A program made the translations under genes and the position numbers. A model generated the notes under the pieces. That model saw nothing but the letters and a program-made list of their open reading frames with translations. It was not told where the DNA came from and made no database searches. From NCBI RefSeq assembly GCF_009834535.1, contig NC_045697.1:49044001-49108000 (forward strand): a stretch of DNA of 64,000 nt, written 5' to 3'. The stretch is from Camelus ferus (lineage: Eukaryota). Below, piece after piece: positions 53,631 through 64,000 of this stretch (positions are counted from its first letter, which is position 1; every line of letters begins with the position of its first letter).

Positions 53631-53761
53631 GGTTCCAGGGTAGAACGTTTTTTAAAAAGTTTTGTAGGTTCCTTCACTCTTTTCGTGATGCCTTGACAAT
53701 AAGCCCATGTGTCCTCCAGCTTCTGTTCAGGATCCAGCACGTCCAGCACCTTTAATAGGAG
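53631..53761 (-). CDS. FAM47E: FAM47E exon 3 (LLLKVLDVLDPEQKLEDTWAYCQG...STLEP)
   Basis: tttgcag| acceptor and ACC|gtaagt donor. 131 nt, phase 0-2. Confidence 0.94.
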
Positions 53762-56009
53762 CTGCAAACAGAAAACAGCGTTGGAGGGGAGAAAGATGTG
53801 TTGAAAATGGGGTCCCTTGATTCTGACACAGAACAGGTCTACTCGCTCCTTTGCTTTTCCTTTCCAGTTGGTCAAAGCCATTCAACAATTTCAGTGCAAG
53901 TACCATGCTGATTGCTGCTGGTAAACGTCCATCACTTAGACATTGGCTTTGCAGCCGTTTACTGAAGTTCTATCTCCTCTTGATGGAACACTGCCTCTGG
54001 GCCCCCTCGACCCCAGCTGAGGAAGGTGCCTCAAGAGGATTTCTGAGTCTTGACTGCCCGCCATCCGTTCTTCCTCTTACGAGTAACAGTATCTAGATTT
54101 TTTCTTTGGAGAATCTCCTCTCCTTCCACTCTCAGCCCTTGTGGTCTGAAGTGGCCTGACTGCTCCACAGGTCAGTCCACAGGTTGGCCAAGCCAGTCAG
54201 GCCCACAGTGACTGGCTTAGGAATAGGTACAAGACCTAAGTGATACCCAGGGAAATTGGGTTACGGAATTTTGCTGGAATCATGAAAAAAGAGGTGTTGT
54301 TTTTCTGGGTGAAATTTGCATCTACAGCTGCTGTTGGCATCATAGCACCACAAGAAGAGATCCTGCTTCAGAAGGAAGCCAACACGTCTATTTGAGGGGG
54401 TCAGACGTGGGCATAAGAGCCACAATCCCACGTACCCTCTAAGGATGAGCGCTAACAATCCCTTTGTCACGGACTCAGAAGCTCTGGCCTGAATGAGGCA
54501 GTGAAGGAAAGCCCCAGGGGGCAAATCATTGACTAGAAATTCCAGTTGTCCTTTCTATAGGCTTCCCTGACACTGATCATTCATTCATTCATTCATTCAT
54601 TCATTTATTATCCATAAATATTTACTGAGTGTCTACCATATGCCAGGTTTTGGTGGCACACAGTGAAAGACACAGTTAAATCCCTGCCCTGGAAAGGCCC
54701 TGCCCTTATAGAACTTTTATTCTAGCGAGGAGCCCAGTGCTGGCAACGGCTCTGATGGAAATAGATCATGGTAAGGGATAGAGGACGAAGGGAGAAGGGA
54801 AATGTTGTTTTATACAGGCCTCTCCAATTAGGAAATATTTGAGGAAAGAGCTGAAGGCAGTGACGGTGAGCCAGGCAGACTTCTGGGGGCAAGTGCTCCA
54901 GACACAGGAACTGAGACCTGAACTGGACAAGCTTGTTCATGTCTGCAGAGCAGCCAGGAGGCCAGAGTGGCTGCCCCAGGGTGAGCGACGGCAGAGGAGT
55001 GGGCAGTGAGGTTGGTGAGGCAGCAAAGCAGGGGCTGGGTAGAGTGCAGGACACGCAGGGCATTTCAGACCACGGCAACGACTTCACTCGGAGTGAGAAG
55101 CTTTGAGCAGAGGAGTTGACCTTCCCAACAACTGTCACGCTCGCTGACATGGAACTGACTGTGGAAGTGGGGCCGGGGGAGGGTAGAAGGCACCATTAGT
55201 TCCCTGCCCAATATCCATTCTGTCCACTTTACTTAAATCTAACAAAATTTTGTTTAGATTTTGTTCAGTGCTGCAATGCCCAACCAGGAAACTCCATTTT
55301 CTAGACTCCCTAGCAGCTGGGAGTAGTCCGCTGAATGAGATGTTTACTGGGAAAGCTATTCTTTGCCTAATTAAAAGACAGCATCAGCCGGCTTTAACCT
55401 TTGCCCCTTCCCCTTCTTGTTTGAAAAAGAGACCAAAACACCCCCAGATGCCTACAGGTGTGGAAGCCATTTTGAGCTATAAGGACAAGAGACACATGCT
55501 AAGGATATTGGAACTGAAAGTTAAAAAATGCCTGGGACGTTGGTGACATAATGGAGCTGCTGCTGCCCAGCCCTAGTCCTGACAGTTTGGTGAATTTCCT
55601 GGTAACATTTCAGGTGCTCATGTGCCTTCTGTCCATCAGTTAATAATTTCTATGGACACCTCCTAAGACCAGGCTGAAGTGACAGAAGCAAGACTGAACA
55701 ATTCCTAAGCAGACCAGTTGAACTTCAGGGGTAAAGAAGTCAAACATGTCTGGTTTGCTGGGACTTTATGAGTCGGACAGCATCACAGGAAGCACAGGGA
55801 ACCGCGGGTGTGTTGCTGCCATTTGTATTTCCTGGGGGCAGAGAGAGGAAGGCTGCTCCAAACCCCAGGAGAACCCTCACCCCCGGGAGACATTCATCAT
55901 CCTCTCCACCCTATAAATATGATCCCCCAGGAGGGAACTCCTCAGGCATCTAAGGAGCAATGTTCTCCAGGCCCCACTGAAGCCTGCCCACAACCCTGGG
56001 ACAGGTCAC

Positions 56010-56379
56010 CTCTGCAGGCATGTCTTCTTCCAGATCTGGGTAGAGAGCCAAGGGGTGTGGGGTCAGCTGGGCCTCCACGTCCACCAGGAATGCCTTCCGT
56101 GCCTGCTGGGCTGGCGAGAGCTTGGAACACAGGGCTGCATCCCTGGGCAGCATGTTGTGCCTCCTCTTTGGGGTAGGTCGGGGAGCTCTGTGGTAAATCT
56201 TGGGGAGAAAGCCCTCCGCCAGGCCCCGGGTGATCGGATCTTCGCAAGGCGGGCAGCCTTTCCTGAAGTCATCCAGCCCCGTTCTCACAAACCTCCACCG
56301 CCGGCTGTTCAGGGAGGTGGGACACGTCAGCCCGCTCTTGTGCTTCATGAAGCTCTTAGAAGGCAGATTCTTTTTGTAC
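56010..56379 (-). CDS. FAM47E: FAM47E exon 2 (WYKKNLPSKSFMKHK...GLDDFRKGCPP...HPLALYPDLEEDMPAE)
   Basis: ctttcag| acceptor and GAG|gtgacc donor. 370 nt, phase 2-0; FAM47 domain motifs. Confidence 0.95.
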
Positions 56380-56539
56380 CTGAAAGGCAACATGCCCTGA
56401 GGTATGGACCACAAGGGTCAGGTGGGAGGAGATTGTGAGGAGGCTGGCCTTCACCTGTTTTGAGGAGGAGAGGTGGGGGAAGAGGGTCATGAGGAGAAGG
56501 TTGATTCATGGCACATTATAACTAGTCTCCTGTTTTATT

Positions 56540-57100
56540 TCTTTGTTGTGTTAGCTTCAGGTGTACAGCAAAGTGATTGAGTTATATAAATACATAGGTC
56601 TATTCTCTTTCAGATTCTTTTCCATTATAGGTTATTATAAGATACTGAATATAGTTCCCTGTGTTATAAAGTAGGACCCTGTTCTCTACCTATTTTATAT
56701 ACAGTAGTGTGTATATGTTAAAATTTATCCCTCCCTCCTTTCCCTTTTGGTAACCATAGTTTTCTATGTCTGTGAATCTATTTCTGGTTTGTGAATATGT
56801 TCATTTGTGTCATTTTTTTTAAGATTCCACATGTAAGTGATATCATATGCTATTTCTTTCTCTGGCTTACTTCACTTAGAATGACAGTCTCCAGATCCAT
56901 CCATGTTGCTGCAAATGGCATTATTTCATTCTTTTTTATGGCTGAGTAGTATTCCATTGTATATGTACATACCATATTTTCTTTATCCAGTCGTAGACAG
57001 TTAGGTTGCTTCCATGTCTTGGCTACTGTAAATACTGCTGCTATGAACATGCTATGAACATTGGGGTGCATGTATCTTTTCAAAGTAGAGTTTTCTCTGA
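56540..57100 (-). mobile_element. Young L1 3' end
   Basis: ORF 56850..57083 matches the L1 ORF2 C-terminus ([24 protein letters not shown]). Confidence 0.88.
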
Positions 57101-58999
57101 CGTGTATTCTTAATTTATGTAAATGGCACTACTCTGTTACTTGTTTACCAAGCATGATATTATAAAGGACCATCTGTGTCACTATGTGTAAATCTAATCC
57201 ATTATTATCAACTACTATCTCCACCGTCCATCTATCCATTCTCTTTGTGAAGGATACTCACAAGCTGGGGCCCCTCCTAGGATGCTTTCTTATCTTTTAA
57301 AGGGACACAGTGCAGTGGGAAGAAGCTGGTTCCTGGTGACAATTCAACCCTAACTAACTGAATGACCTTCACACGTCATTTAACCTCTGTGGGCCTCAGT
57401 TTCTCCTCTAAACTCAGGGTGGGTCATAGGGTGCATACTAGCTGTTTGTGGGCTGCATCAGGCCCAGAAGCCTGTTGTTTGTCCCCTTTGTGTTTTAAGA
57501 AGAATCATAATAGTTAATATGTATTGAGAACTTTCTAACAGGCACCATTCTAAGTGTTTTACATATATTAACTTATTTAAATCTCAAAACAATCTGACAA
57601 AGTAGGTACCGGTATTATCCCCATTTACAGATAAGAAAATGGAGGCACAAAGAAGCTCAAAAACAAAGCAAACACTTGTCAAAGGTCTGACAGCTAAGAA
57701 ATGGGAGAGCTGGGATTTTAATGCAGGTAGTGTGATTCTGGAGAATGGTGTTTAACCACTACACTAGAGTTTCTGACATATAAAAAAGTTCACATAAACA
57801 GTCTGGAACAAAAATCAGGAACTCTGGGAACACTGAGTCTACCTTTCTATGGAGCCACAATTGGTATCATGACTGCCATCTTTAGACAAGTCCTGTCCTC
57901 TCTTAGTCACAGTCTCCACCACTCCCTATTGCCTGCTTCATCATTTCTTTACTCATCAGGCCCCTGATTGCACTGAATAGTTAGCATTAAGACAAGATGG
58001 AAGAGGTAGCTGGGAATATAGGAAAGAAAATGAGAGCAGTTCCTAGATAATCTAATATATCCAGCCATTGCCAAGGTCAGGACTTGGAAACTGAGCACCT
58101 TAATGGCAGGTCACTCATTGTCCTAATACATCACACTGCCCTAGTCAGATATTACTATAGTATTGGTGTCTTTCCTTGAAGTCTTTTCCACTTCCAGGCC
58201 CCTTTCATCTATAATGACTCGTTACACCAAATCTGCGCCTTGCTGTATTCATCCTTAGAGGCACAAAACATTTTTAAGAGATTCCAGCTTGATCCCTATT
58301 CTTTTCTTGTGAGTCCTAGAAACTTCTTGCTTGTTGTGCATACACATGTGTGTTTTAAGGGCTTAATCCATCTCTACTGTGAAGATCTGGATGAAAGGAC
58401 ACAAAAACATGAATTTATGAAAAGTTCCTCTTTGCAATTAACAAATCACTCTTAAGTAGCTAAGTGGTGGGGATGTTGAAATTCCATCTAACCTTGAGAT
58501 TTGATGACCCACTCAGCATGACCTATTAGCAAGTTACCCTCCACAGTATTAAATACTTTTACAAAGTCTGTTTTCCACACATTTACAACTAATTCAAACA
58601 TCCAAGCACTTCATAAAATCAAATCTGATAACCAATAGTTTTACTTAAGCAGAGTCATACAACTCAAAATGGGGACAGTGTGGCAGGTAACTCAAGCCTC
58701 ATAGAATGTTAGATTTGGTAGAAACACTGAAAGAAATCTAGTCCACCTTCCTCACTTTGCAGTGAGAAAACTGAGTTCCAAAGAAGTGAATAAAGCAATA
58801 GTCTGGCTGGAGGGCTTCCCACTACCCCACTTTGCCTCTCACAGCTGATAAACTTACCTCTCTGCATTCTGTTAAGTTCATGAAAAATTTTGCTTGACCT
58901 AGAAAATAAAACTCAAACATTTTTTTCTAAACATTGACTATTTTCACAGTCACTATATGATACATCAATACTGCCATCTTTAAGAATAGCAAAAGAGTA

Positions 59000-59700
59000 C
59001 TGGGCATTTATCCTGAACAAATGCAAACTTATGTTCACCCAAAAACCTGTACACAAATGTTAATAGTAGCATTATGTGTAATAAACTAGAAACAACCTGA
59101 ATGTCCTTCAACAGATGAATAGATAAACAAACTGTGGTACATCCATACCATGAAATACTACTCAGTTGTAAAAATGAACTATTGATGCACACAATGTCTT
59201 GGATGGCTCTCAAGGGCTTTATGCTGAATGAAAAAGAGCCTATCTCAAGAAGTTTTATACTGTATTACTCTATTTATCTAACATTCTCAAAAGAACAAAA
59301 TTACAGAAATGGAGAACAAATTAGTGGTTGCCAAGTGTTGTGGGGAGGAAAATGAGTGATGGTGAGGTGTAGCATGAAGTGGTTCCCTTGTGGTGAGGAA
59401 ACAGTTTTATATCTCGATGTTATACATATGACAGTATTTTGCAGAACTACACGCGCGCACATGCACACACACACACACACACACACACACAACACACACA
59501 CACGTACAAGTAAAAACTGGTGAAATTCAAGTAAAATCTATAGTCTTCCATATGTGCCAGGAAATCTGCTTTGGTAATGTGCTATCCTTATGCAAGATGG
59601 TACCACTGGAAGCAACTGGAGGAAAGGTACATGGGACCTCTGCACTATTTCTGCACTTTCTTGTGAATCTATACTTATTTCAAAACAAAAAGTTTGAAAA
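59000..59700 (+). mobile_element. Old L1MC/MD-type 3' end
   Basis: 'aaacaaactgtggtacatccataccatg...gcactatttctgcactttcttgtgaatcta'. Confidence 0.65.
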
Positions 59701-60359
59701 TGGGGTGGGGAGGTTTTCAAAGAGTTCACAATTGCTAACATGTATATGTGCATGTGCATATACGTGGCAGTAACTGCTTTACATGTGCTGTGCTGGTTAA
59801 GGTTCACAACAATCCTATAAAGCTGATTTCTTTTATTGTCCGCATTTTACAGTTAAGAAAACTGAGCCCAGAAAGCGCAACTAACTTGCCTAGAGTCACC
59901 AGGCAAACAAGAGGAGAACTGGCCATCAACTCCTGCCTTTCTGATCTAGACTTTGGAATCTGAACCACCATATCGTGCTCCCTCCAAGAGAGCCGAATTC
60001 CATTCTCATAAATAGCTCAAGGAATCAGCAAAGACAAAAAGCCTCGAATTCTTTCCCTGTGGCGCTGCCACTAACCATTCAGAACGGCAGCAGACCACCC
60101 CAGTACTCAGGCACTCCCTAGACACGGGCTCGACTCGGCCACAGTCACCAACTAGGTGGCCAAAGGCTTCAAGCGCAGCAGACCCCTCACACTGGATGGA
60201 GGATCCCGCTGTCTAACCGAAGAAGGCTGGGTCGCCGGCTAAACTAGCCTCCGCAGAGGACTGTGACCATCACTTTCCCATCCGGAATAGGTATGTTAAT
60301 CTACATCCCCTGGCGGGGGTGGGGGGGGGGTGTGAGGATAACAGAAAAAAATTGTCCTT

Positions 60360-60880
60360 GGCAGCGAGGAGGGTCGCGAGCTGGTTATTTTATATTATGA
60401 TCATTTAAGTGCGGGGACCCGGAGGAGGAAAGGCCGCCAGGCCCTCCATGACCACCCCTCAGCCCCCAACCCCCGCGAGCACAGGGTGCTGGCGCCCCCA
60501 CGCGGCACGGGCAGGATGCACCTTCCCCCGGGCGCGCGCTTACCAGGGCCTGCAGTCCACCGCCACCGGCACCCGGGCCCGCGGCGCGGGCGGGAATAGC
60601 CGCCCGCGGTCAGCCATGGTGCCCCGGCTGCCCACCCGGTCCCCGGTGGTGCGTGTTCCCCGCCCTCGGGTCGCTAGGAGACCGCGGAGCTGTGCTCTGC
60701 CCAGACTCGCCTGGAGCGCGGAGCAGCCCAGGCGCGCCCCCCCCCCCCCCCCCCGCGCAATCTGGCTGATCCCGGAGAACACGCGGCCCCTGGGCGCCCC
60801 TGCGCCCTGCAACCGCGGCGCACCCTAGCCTTCTAACCAGCGCCCGGGGCGTGGATCGTGGTAGGGGAAGCGCGAAGGAT
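60360..60880. promoter_or_regulatory. FAM47E: CpG island / FAM47E promoter with RFX X-box-like motif
   Basis: CpG-dense; GTCTCCTAGCGAC on - at 60670-60682; C18 run at 60737-60754. Confidence 0.85.
60544..60617 (-). CDS. FAM47E: FAM47E exon 1, coding part (MADRGRLFPPAPRARVPVAVDCRP[W])
   Basis: caccATGG Kozak at 60617; donor CTG|gtaagc; 74 nt, phase 2. Joins exon 2 as TG+G = Trp. Total CDS 1176 nt, 391 aa. Confidence 0.92.
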
Positions 60881-61171
60881 CAGGTTCTTGGTTTAATTCT
60901 GTTTTAATCTGTTGGAAAGGCTTGTTCATTGTTTTTTCTGCTCACTACTGTTTCAAAAAATGTGTTGTTGAAGAAAGGATGAAAGCCGCTGGAGAAAGAG
61001 CAAGAGTGGAAAGGGAGGGAGAGGAATAGCCTGATTTCTAATGTTGGGAAGGCCTTTTAGTCCGGATTTTTTTTCTGGAAATCCTGGCACTCCGTGAGCC
61101 TCACCGCCTCTGTAAATCGAGCGCTGCTTAGTGGTGTCTAGCTCGTCACCAGCTGCTTTCCAGAGTCCCTT

Positions 61172-61240
61172 CCAGCCCTTGTGTTGATTCTTTTGCCTCG
61201 ACACTCACCAGCCCTTGTGTTGATTCTTTTGCCTCGACAC
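61172..61240. repeat. Tandem duplication: two identical 33-bp units, period 36
   Basis: ccagcccttgtgttgattcttttgcctcgacac at 61172-61204 and 61208-61240. Confidence 0.95.
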
Positions 61241-63404
61241 CTCAGCCATGAAATTGCCATCTTGTTGGCCCTGATAGGCAGATGCCCACGTAAATATGGA
61301 TTGCATGGGGATGTACTTTGGGTTTGCTGAGTTCTCTTGCTACTTCTGGTGTTCTTGATTGAAATAGGAAGCGTTGCTTCTAAAGGAAGTGAAGCAAAAA
61401 CATCCCTCCCCAAATTATTGCAGTTAAATTGTGTGTGTCATGGTGGGATACTTTTTGTAGTCATTTGAAGATGAATCTTCTCTTCGAAGTCTCTGGGAAT
61501 AAATTAGCTTCACCTTTGGGCACCTGTTAAGTATCTGGATTGTCGTAAAGGTGCCTTGGCTGGTACTAGTTCCCGCATCTTCACTTGCTGTGGGGGTTCA
61601 GCTGCCTTTTCTGGGCACAATGGAAAGCCCTGGAGTCCCACTACCTTAAATAAATCACAGTTATGCCTCTTCATAATTATTCACCCCCAGGCACAGTTGC
61701 TTAAATTTGTTTCAGGTTCATTATTTCCTAGTCTGAAAATGGGGGAAATAATAGTATCTGCCTATAGGGTTATTGGGAAATTCAATAAGATAATGAATGT
61801 AAAGCATTTAATGCAGTGCTGGCAAGTAAGAATCCCTCAGTAACTGTTGAGTATTGTTATTATCTCAGCTGTGAACTGGGGATGGTAATATTTGCCTGAC
61901 TACTTCACAGAGCTGTTGTAGAAGAGTCAGTTAAAGGAGAAAGCTATGGATATAGTCATGATAAAGAGCGCGATTAGTTGTTTTTATTATCTTTGATAAT
62001 ATCTTTAATATTAGTTTGTTTGACTGCAAATTCAGGCTTTTATGACTTTGAGGAAGGAAGATTTCTCGATAGGACTGAGGGTAAGGGTCATGTCCACCTT
62101 GCTGCTAGTACTGTGCCTGGCACACAGTAGGTACTCTGTGGTTGCCATGCTAGGCACTGGCGATGCAATAGGGAATAAAACAGACTTGTCTTTGTCATCT
62201 TGTTACTTAGTTTCTAGTGTTTGTTGCCTGGATTAATAAGAAACCACCTATTTTCATGATTCTTGCATCCTCATAAGTTGATATTTGCTCCATATAGTAA
62301 TTTTGATTTCATATCTGGTAGAAAATAAGTAAGATTCTTTTTATTTCACCACATTCCGTACCTTAATTACAGTCATTATTCAGAGGATCTCTCATTCATT
62401 CTCTTCTCTCCCCTCTTCTTTCTCTGTTGCAACACAAAGGTAAAATGCATTGCATAGAGTAATCTGTGAGTAGGTGTTATTTAAGAGTGAGGATGAGGAG
62501 TTCCAGCTGCTTTTTCTAGCCTTATTGGCAGGTAGTGTGATCATTTTATTTCCAAATAGGATTACTTAAATATGCATAACAGTGTTGTCAAACATTACTG
62601 GATTTTTCCCACTCAAGGACTAATTACTATCTCTGAAACACTTTACTGCAATGAGACTTAGTTCACATACTTTCCAGGAAAAAAAAAAGCATTTGAACAA
62701 CAAAAACAACAGAACTTTAAGCTGAGATGTTATAAAACGGTCTTGGATTGGTAAAGACCCTTGGCATCTGGACCAAGTGCTATAAATCATCCCTTCTGGA
62801 CTGCAGTGAGCCTAGACAACCATACACTCAGCCCAGTTCTCACAGAATTTTTGCTACAGATAAATTCACAATGGACATGAGCTCACCAACTAAAATGACA
62901 AAATCCATGAGGAAATAAGGCACAATGACTGAGGGACAACAGAAACAACAAAGAATCAGATCTCTAGAAATTGTATGCATCGAATGTTTAGATGCAGAAT
63001 ATAAATAAATATGACTAGTTATGTATAAATGTATATATTTACATGCATAAAATAAACATTTACAGTATGTTTAGGAAATAATAGAGGAAATTGGAAATAT
63101 GAGCAAAATATAAAAACTATTTCTTAAAGTAGATGTGAAAAAGAACCAAATAGAGCTGATATAAATGAAAAATATAATCATTGCAATTAAAACCTCTATG
63201 GACTGGTTAAATAGATTAGACCAGCTCAAGAGAGAATTAGTAAACTAGAAATAGTTCTGAATAAATGCCAAAGTACACTACAAAAATGTAAACATATAGA
63301 AAATATGAAAGAGAAGAGATATGAAGATATGGAGGAAAAGAGTAAGACCTAACATAGTTCTAAGGAGATTTCCTTAAGAAGATGGTAGAATTGGAGAGAG
63401 GCAA

Positions 63405-64000
63405 TATTTTATTTTTATTTATTTTTTAAATTGAGATATAGTTGATTTACAATATTATATTAAGATGTACAAAATAGCAATTCAAAAAATTTATAGATTA
63501 TATCACTTTAAAATTATTATAAAATATTGGCTTTATTCCCTGTGCTGTACAATATATCATTGTAGCTTATTTTTATACACAGTAGTTTGTACTTCTTAAT
63601 CCCCTACCCCTATCATGCGCCTTCCCTCTCCCCACTGGTAACCACTAGTTTGTTCTCCATATCTGTGAGTTTGTTTCTTTTTTGTTATATTCACTAGTTT
63701 TTTTATTTTTTTAAGCTCCACATATAAGTGATATCATACAGAATTTGTCGTTTTCTATCTGACTTACTTCACTAAGCATAATACCCTCCAGGTCCATCCA
63801 TGTTGTTACAAATGGCACAATTTCATTCTTTTTAATGGTTGAGTGGTATTCCATTGTGTGTGTGGAATCTTCTTTATTCATTCATCTGTTGATGGACACT
63901 TAGGCTACTTCCATATTTTGGCTATTATAGATAATACTGCTATGAACATTGGAGTGCATGTATCTTTTTAAATTAGTGTTTTGTTTTCTTTAGATATATA
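63405..64000 (-). mobile_element. L1 3' end running off the window
   Basis: Poly-T followed by L1 3'UTR and ORF2-end text. Confidence 0.85.

Noticed and set aside
60618..60812. In-frame N-terminal extension of FAM47E
   Set aside because: Begins at TTG in promoter sequence; the ATG at 60617 has a strong Kozak context and matches the known MADR start.
61172..61240. CRISPR-like direct repeat
   Set aside because: Only two units with a 3-nt gap in a mammalian genome; a simple tandem duplication.
60360..64000. SCARB2 (syntenic neighbour) promoter or exon 1
   Set aside because: The CpG island is accounted for by FAM47E exon 1, and no SCARB2-like coding sequence is seen in the window.

Overview
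Mammalian genomic DNA, most likely from a camelid, because it carries several tRNA-Ala(AGC)-derived SINEs of the Vic-1 type plus young L1 3' ends. It spans the conserved CCDC158-STBD1-FAM47E block. The last six recognisable coding exons of CCDC158 lie on the + strand (1-12645). STBD1 is complete, with two exons on the - strand (16148-19093, 356 aa). FAM47E is complete, with eight coding exons on the - strand (32438-60617, 391 aa). I placed all splice junctions by hand on GT/AG boundaries, and exon phases are mutually consistent. The rest is intronic or intergenic DNA rich in L1, L2/MIR, ERVL/MaLR LTRs, MER21-type LTRs and DNA-transposon fossils. I found no convincing new biological system. The most interesting leads are an orphan CpG-rich promoter with TATA, NRF1 and GC-box motifs at about 22.8-23.7 kb, a non-canonical LIR motif in STBD1 (WEMM), a premature stop in the last exon of FAM47E, an apparently missing CCDC158 exon, an open alternative frame for a FAM47E-STBD1 read-through, a SINE with an apparent 3' transduction, and an unexplained gene-end-like fragment in FAM47E intron 3. 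Comparisons with human and mouse sequences are from memory and need alignment to confirm.
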